Below are positions 60,992-64,000 of a stretch of 64,000 nt of DNA, piece by piece. The notes under the pieces are model-generated. The model worked only from the letters and a program-made list of their open reading frames with translations. It had not been told where the DNA came from and did not search any database. The translations under genes were made by a program, and so were the position numbers. The number at the start of each line of letters is the position of its first letter. Within the stretch, counting starts at the first letter, position 1. Source of the stretch: Methanomethylovorans hollandica DSM 15978 (GTDB taxonomy: Archaea > Halobacteriota > Methanosarcinia > Methanosarcinales > Methanosarcinaceae); assembly GCF_000328665.1 (NCBI RefSeq), contig NC_019977.1:372001-436000 (forward strand). Direction: 5' to 3'.

Positions 60992-61770
60992 ATGCGGCAT
61001 GTATACAAATGGAAGTGGAACACTGTTCTAAAACAGATAATATAACGAAAGCTTTGTCCATGGCAGAAAAGGCAGTGTCGTCAGGAGCAGATCTCATTGT
61101 ACTCCCGGAAGTCTTCTCTACCGGTTTTTGCTATGAAGGAATAAGTGACCTGGCAGAAGAAGCTCCATTCCCCACCATCAGTAAATTCATTGGATTCTCA
61201 AAAATAAAGGAATGTGCTGTGATCGGCTCTATAATCGAAGCACAGTTCCAGGAAGGAATTCCTGTATTCTATAACATGTGCTTCTGTGTGGAGCACGGCA
61301 AGCTTGCAGGTATCTATCGTAAATGCCATCTTTTCAGGCAGGAAAAAAACTATTTTGCAGCTGGAAGTAGCATGCATCCCCTATTCCTTAAAAGCTACGG
61401 TCTAAATATTGGACTGGAAATATGTTATGAATTACGTTTTCCTGAAGTAGCCAGGAAACTGGTCCTTGAAGGTGCAGACCTGCTGGTTACTGTAGCGCAG
61501 TTCCCAAACCCCAGAAAACATATATGGAGGACTCTTGCCTTGGCGAGGTCCATTGAGAACCAGATACCACATATAGCCTGTAATATGGTAGGCTCTTCTC
61601 CTGCTTCCTCTTTTTTTGGCGGTTCCATTATCATTGATGCAGCGGGCGATGTGCTTGTGGAGGCAGATGGGGACGAGTGTATAATCATGCATGCTATTGA
61701 TACTGAAAATACTAATAAAGTGAGACGCGATATCCCTGTTTATTCAGACCGGCGTGCAGAACTTTACTGA
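60973..61770 (+). CDS. Carbon-nitrogen hydrolase (nitrilase family)
   Basis: E-K-C triad motifs LPEVF, YRKCHLF, ICYELRFPE; ARSIENQ. Confidence 0.92.
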   Translation: MFTVSINAACIQMEVEHCSKTDNITKALSMAEKAVSSGADLIVLPEVFSTGFCYEGISDLAEEAPFPTISKFIGFSKIKECAVIGSIIEAQFQEGIPVFYNMCFCVEHGKLAGIYRKCHLFRQEKNYFAAGSSMHPLFLKSYGLNIGLEICYELRFPEVARKLVLEGADLLVTVAQFPNPRKHIWRTLALARSIENQIPHIACNMVGSSPASSFFGGSIIIDAAGDVLVEADGDECIIMHAIDTENTNKVRRDIPVYSDRRAELY

Positions 61771-61850
61771 TAATTATTATTTCCTTTGATCTGACCGAAG
61801 CAGACTATTTAACTCGAAAAGTCATTCATTCACTGAAAGTTATTCATTAC

Positions 61851-62750
61851 TCATATGACTAAATCTTTGTTCTCTGCGGTTGATTCTGATGCTGGTATTG
61901 GTGATTTTGACAGGATATTAAGAAGCTTTTCTTCATCATGATTAAAATTATGCACGTTGTAACTTCCCAGTGGACATCTGCCAATTCTGCCAGTCCCGTG
62001 GTAATCCGAGCCTCCTGTTATGATCAATCCATATGTACGGCACAGTTCCAGCATGGATTTGACCTGTTGCCAGTTGCTTTTTCCGTAGAACACTTCAAAG
62101 CCATCAATTCCGCATTTTACAAAATGGTCCACTACATCGGCAAGTAAGGGTAGACTGCTGTACTGGTCCAGGGTGCGTATCATATGTGCTCCGACTGCTT
62201 TGCCCCCTGCTTTGTGAATAATCTCAATGGCTTCCTCTATCTGGAACTTCTCCACATCTATAAAGTACTTCGATTTCTCCGTGAGCCACAGGTCATGGAA
62301 CTCATAAGTGGACATATCTCTGTTAACAACAGCCAGTGCAATATCATGTTTGGTGATAATCCCTTTTGCCGATTCAAGGCGCGAATAATCCACAAGCCAT
62401 CCATGCGAAGAAAGCAAATCCACCATTTCGTCAGCATATTTCCATGCACGTTTTTTTGTGATCTCAAGTTTCTTTTGTAGGTATGGGTCATCCTTATCAA
62501 AGCCGTAGCCAAGCACATGTACTTCAATACCCTGGGGGTCAAAATTAGTTGTGAATTCTATACCAGGGATGAACTGTAACCCCATTTTCTTGCATTCGCG
62601 TTCAATAGATTCAAGCCCATCCACAGTGTCATGATCAGTGACGCTGATGGCCTTTAATCCTATATCCCTTGCTTTTGTAACCAATTCAGAAGGATACAAG
62701 TCCCCATCTGAATAGATCGTGTGCATGTGCATATCTGAAATGATTTGAAT
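61851..62750 (-). CDS. PHP-domain phosphoesterase (TrpH-like); probable ATT start at 62750
   Basis: DMHMHTIYSDG, TDHDT, GIEF, HVLGY, GGSDYHG. Confidence 0.9.
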   Translation of the reverse strand: MQIISDMHMHTIYSDGDLYPSELVTKARDIGLKAISVTDHDTVDGLESIERECKKMGLQFIPGIEFTTNFDPQGIEVHVLGYGFDKDDPYLQKKLEITKKRAWKYADEMVDLLSSHGWLVDYSRLESAKGIITKHDIALAVVNRDMSTYEFHDLWLTEKSKYFIDVEKFQIEEAIEIIHKAGGKAVGAHMIRTLDQYSSLPLLADVVDHFVKCGIDGFEVFYGKSNWQQVKSMLELCRTYGLIITGGSDYHGTGRIGRCPLGSYNVHNFNHDEEKLLNILSKSPIPASESTAENKDLVI

Positions 62751-63158
62751 GATAACACCTCACCAGTCTTTCTTTTTGAAGTTTACTCGTTATGAACTTA
62801 ATGTAAATAGGCTATAGGAACCTCTATAGACTATATTTGGTATGTATCCTGGACCATTGCATGTTTGATGTGCAGATTAATATCAAAATACTGCAGCCAA
62901 AAGTTCAAAGCAGGAAATGTATTGTAATTCTTATGGGGTCCCAATACAGGATCAGTTTTAACAGGACTCTTTTCATTCACGTTTTTACTCTTCCACATAT
63001 ATTAAATAATATAATAAAATTATTATATAAACATCTCTATGGGTTACATGCACTTAAAGGCAACACGCTCATAGAAATATTAATCTCACATATAACATTA
63101 AACAGACTACTTATAGTATGAACTTGATTTTATAAAGATAAACGGTAAAAGAATAGAT

Positions 63159-64000
63159 ATGTCTAGCAGAGAAAGGGATATGGCGGTAAGATACCTTAAC
63201 AAAGGGCTATCTTTGAAGGAGAAAGGCCTTCATGCAGAAGCACTTGAGAATCTCAAAAAGGCAGAAGAACATTCATGGGTGGCTTCTTCTCCTGCTCTTC
63301 TGGCTACGGTCATGCAGAATCTTGGAGAACTTTTGGAGATCATGGGTGATGATGAAAACACTTTTGAACAGTATTTTCTTGCAGTAGAGAAGTTAGAAAG
63401 ACTTGTTGAAGTAGTCCCATCATTCAATGAACAATTAGCTACCACCCTCAGCAAATTTGCTTCCATGCTTGTGGACAGGGATGAAAAGGAAGAAGGAAAA
63501 GCAAATTATGAGAAGGCCATTGCTATTTACCGAAAACTTCGTAGGGAGAATCCAAGGAATGTACAAATACGCTCCAATATGATCTCTACTTTAAACAATC
63601 TGGGTGCGCTTCTGGCAGACATGGGTCAGAAGGCTGAAGCACAATGGAAGTTCGAAAAAGCTCTGGACATGCTTGATGACAAGCAGTGTCCTGCAGAGAA
63701 TTATACTCTTTGTTTTGAGAAAAAAGCCATGGTGCTAGAAAACCTGGCCAATTTGCTTATCGAAAGTGGAGAACTTGAGCAGGCAAGAGAAAAGCTTTCA
63801 AATGTCCTTGAGCTCTACTCTTCGCTACTTGATCAGGATCATATGACAGAGTTTTATCAGGCAAGAGTAGCTTTGGTTCTTAGCAGGATGGCTCATTTGT
63901 TTGTATCCTTGGATAGAAAAGAAGAGGCATTACAAAGCTACACCTCTCTCCTTAAAATGTATGGTGAGCTTTCAAAGCTTACACCGGAAAATGAAGAGAT
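63159..64000 (+). CDS. Tetratricopeptide-repeat protein, truncated by the window end
   Basis: Open frame MSSRERDMAVRYLNKG... with TPR motifs MQNLGELL, TLNNLGALLADMG...FEKAL, LENLANLL. Confidence 0.85.
   Translation, partial: MSSRERDMAVRYLNKGLSLKEKGLHAEALENLKKAEEHSWVASSPALLATVMQNLGELLEIMGDDENTFEQYFLAVEKLERLVEVVPSFNEQLATTLSKFASMLVDRDEKEEGKANYEKAIAIYRKLRRENPRNVQIRSNMISTLNNLGALLADMGQKAEAQWKFEKALDMLDDKQCPAENYTLCFEKKAMVLENLANLLIESGELEQAREKLSNVLELYSSLLDQDHMTEFYQARVALVLSRMAHLFVSLDRKEEALQSYTSLLKMYGELSKLTPENEE

Noticed and set aside
1229..62542. Numerous antisense and alternate-frame ORFs in the six-frame track
   Set aside because: Shadows of well-supported genes, with no independent motifs
62837..63121. 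94-aa ORF in the AT-rich spacer
   Set aside because: No motif or RBS; lies in a divergent promoter region
1..64000. CRISPR array, rRNA, prophage or defence-system genes, pyl genes
   Set aside because: No regularly spaced repeats or diagnostic motifs seen anywhere in the window

Overview
This is an AT-rich (roughly 40% GC by eye) archaeal chromosome segment. The gene content points to a methanogen of the family Methanosarcinaceae (Methanomethylovorans/Methanolobus-like; inference): an mmcA-rnfCDGEABX operon, a DNRLRE/PKD surface protein, an archaeal histone, and the ginS-rpl44e-rps27e-aIF2a-nop10-PAC2 operon. The left part (1-22.4 kb) is accessory-looking. It holds two divergent MacB-type ABC exporter cassettes with Yip1 and COG1361 partners, an ornithine decarboxylase, several eroded pseudogenes, an IS5 relic, a 1274-bp IS (5-bp TSD) that splits a MASE3-PAS histidine kinase, and an integrase-like relic abutting tRNA-Ser(CGA). 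The right part is mostly core housekeeping. Most notable observations: (1) deoxyhypusine synthase carries one in-frame TAG at a conserved Trp, 16 codons before the catalytic Lys, with the frame intact beyond it, so it is a candidate pyrrolysine/amber read-through gene; (2) tRNA-Ser(CGA) has a 30-nt non-canonical D-loop intron (21/22) with a relaxed bulge-helix-loop motif; (3) rfcS and a PHP gene appear to start at ATT; (4) a deletion-collapsed second priS copy sits at the ancestral operon position; (5) MmcA has eight heme motifs. All calls come from reading the sequence and recognising motifs; no database searches were run.
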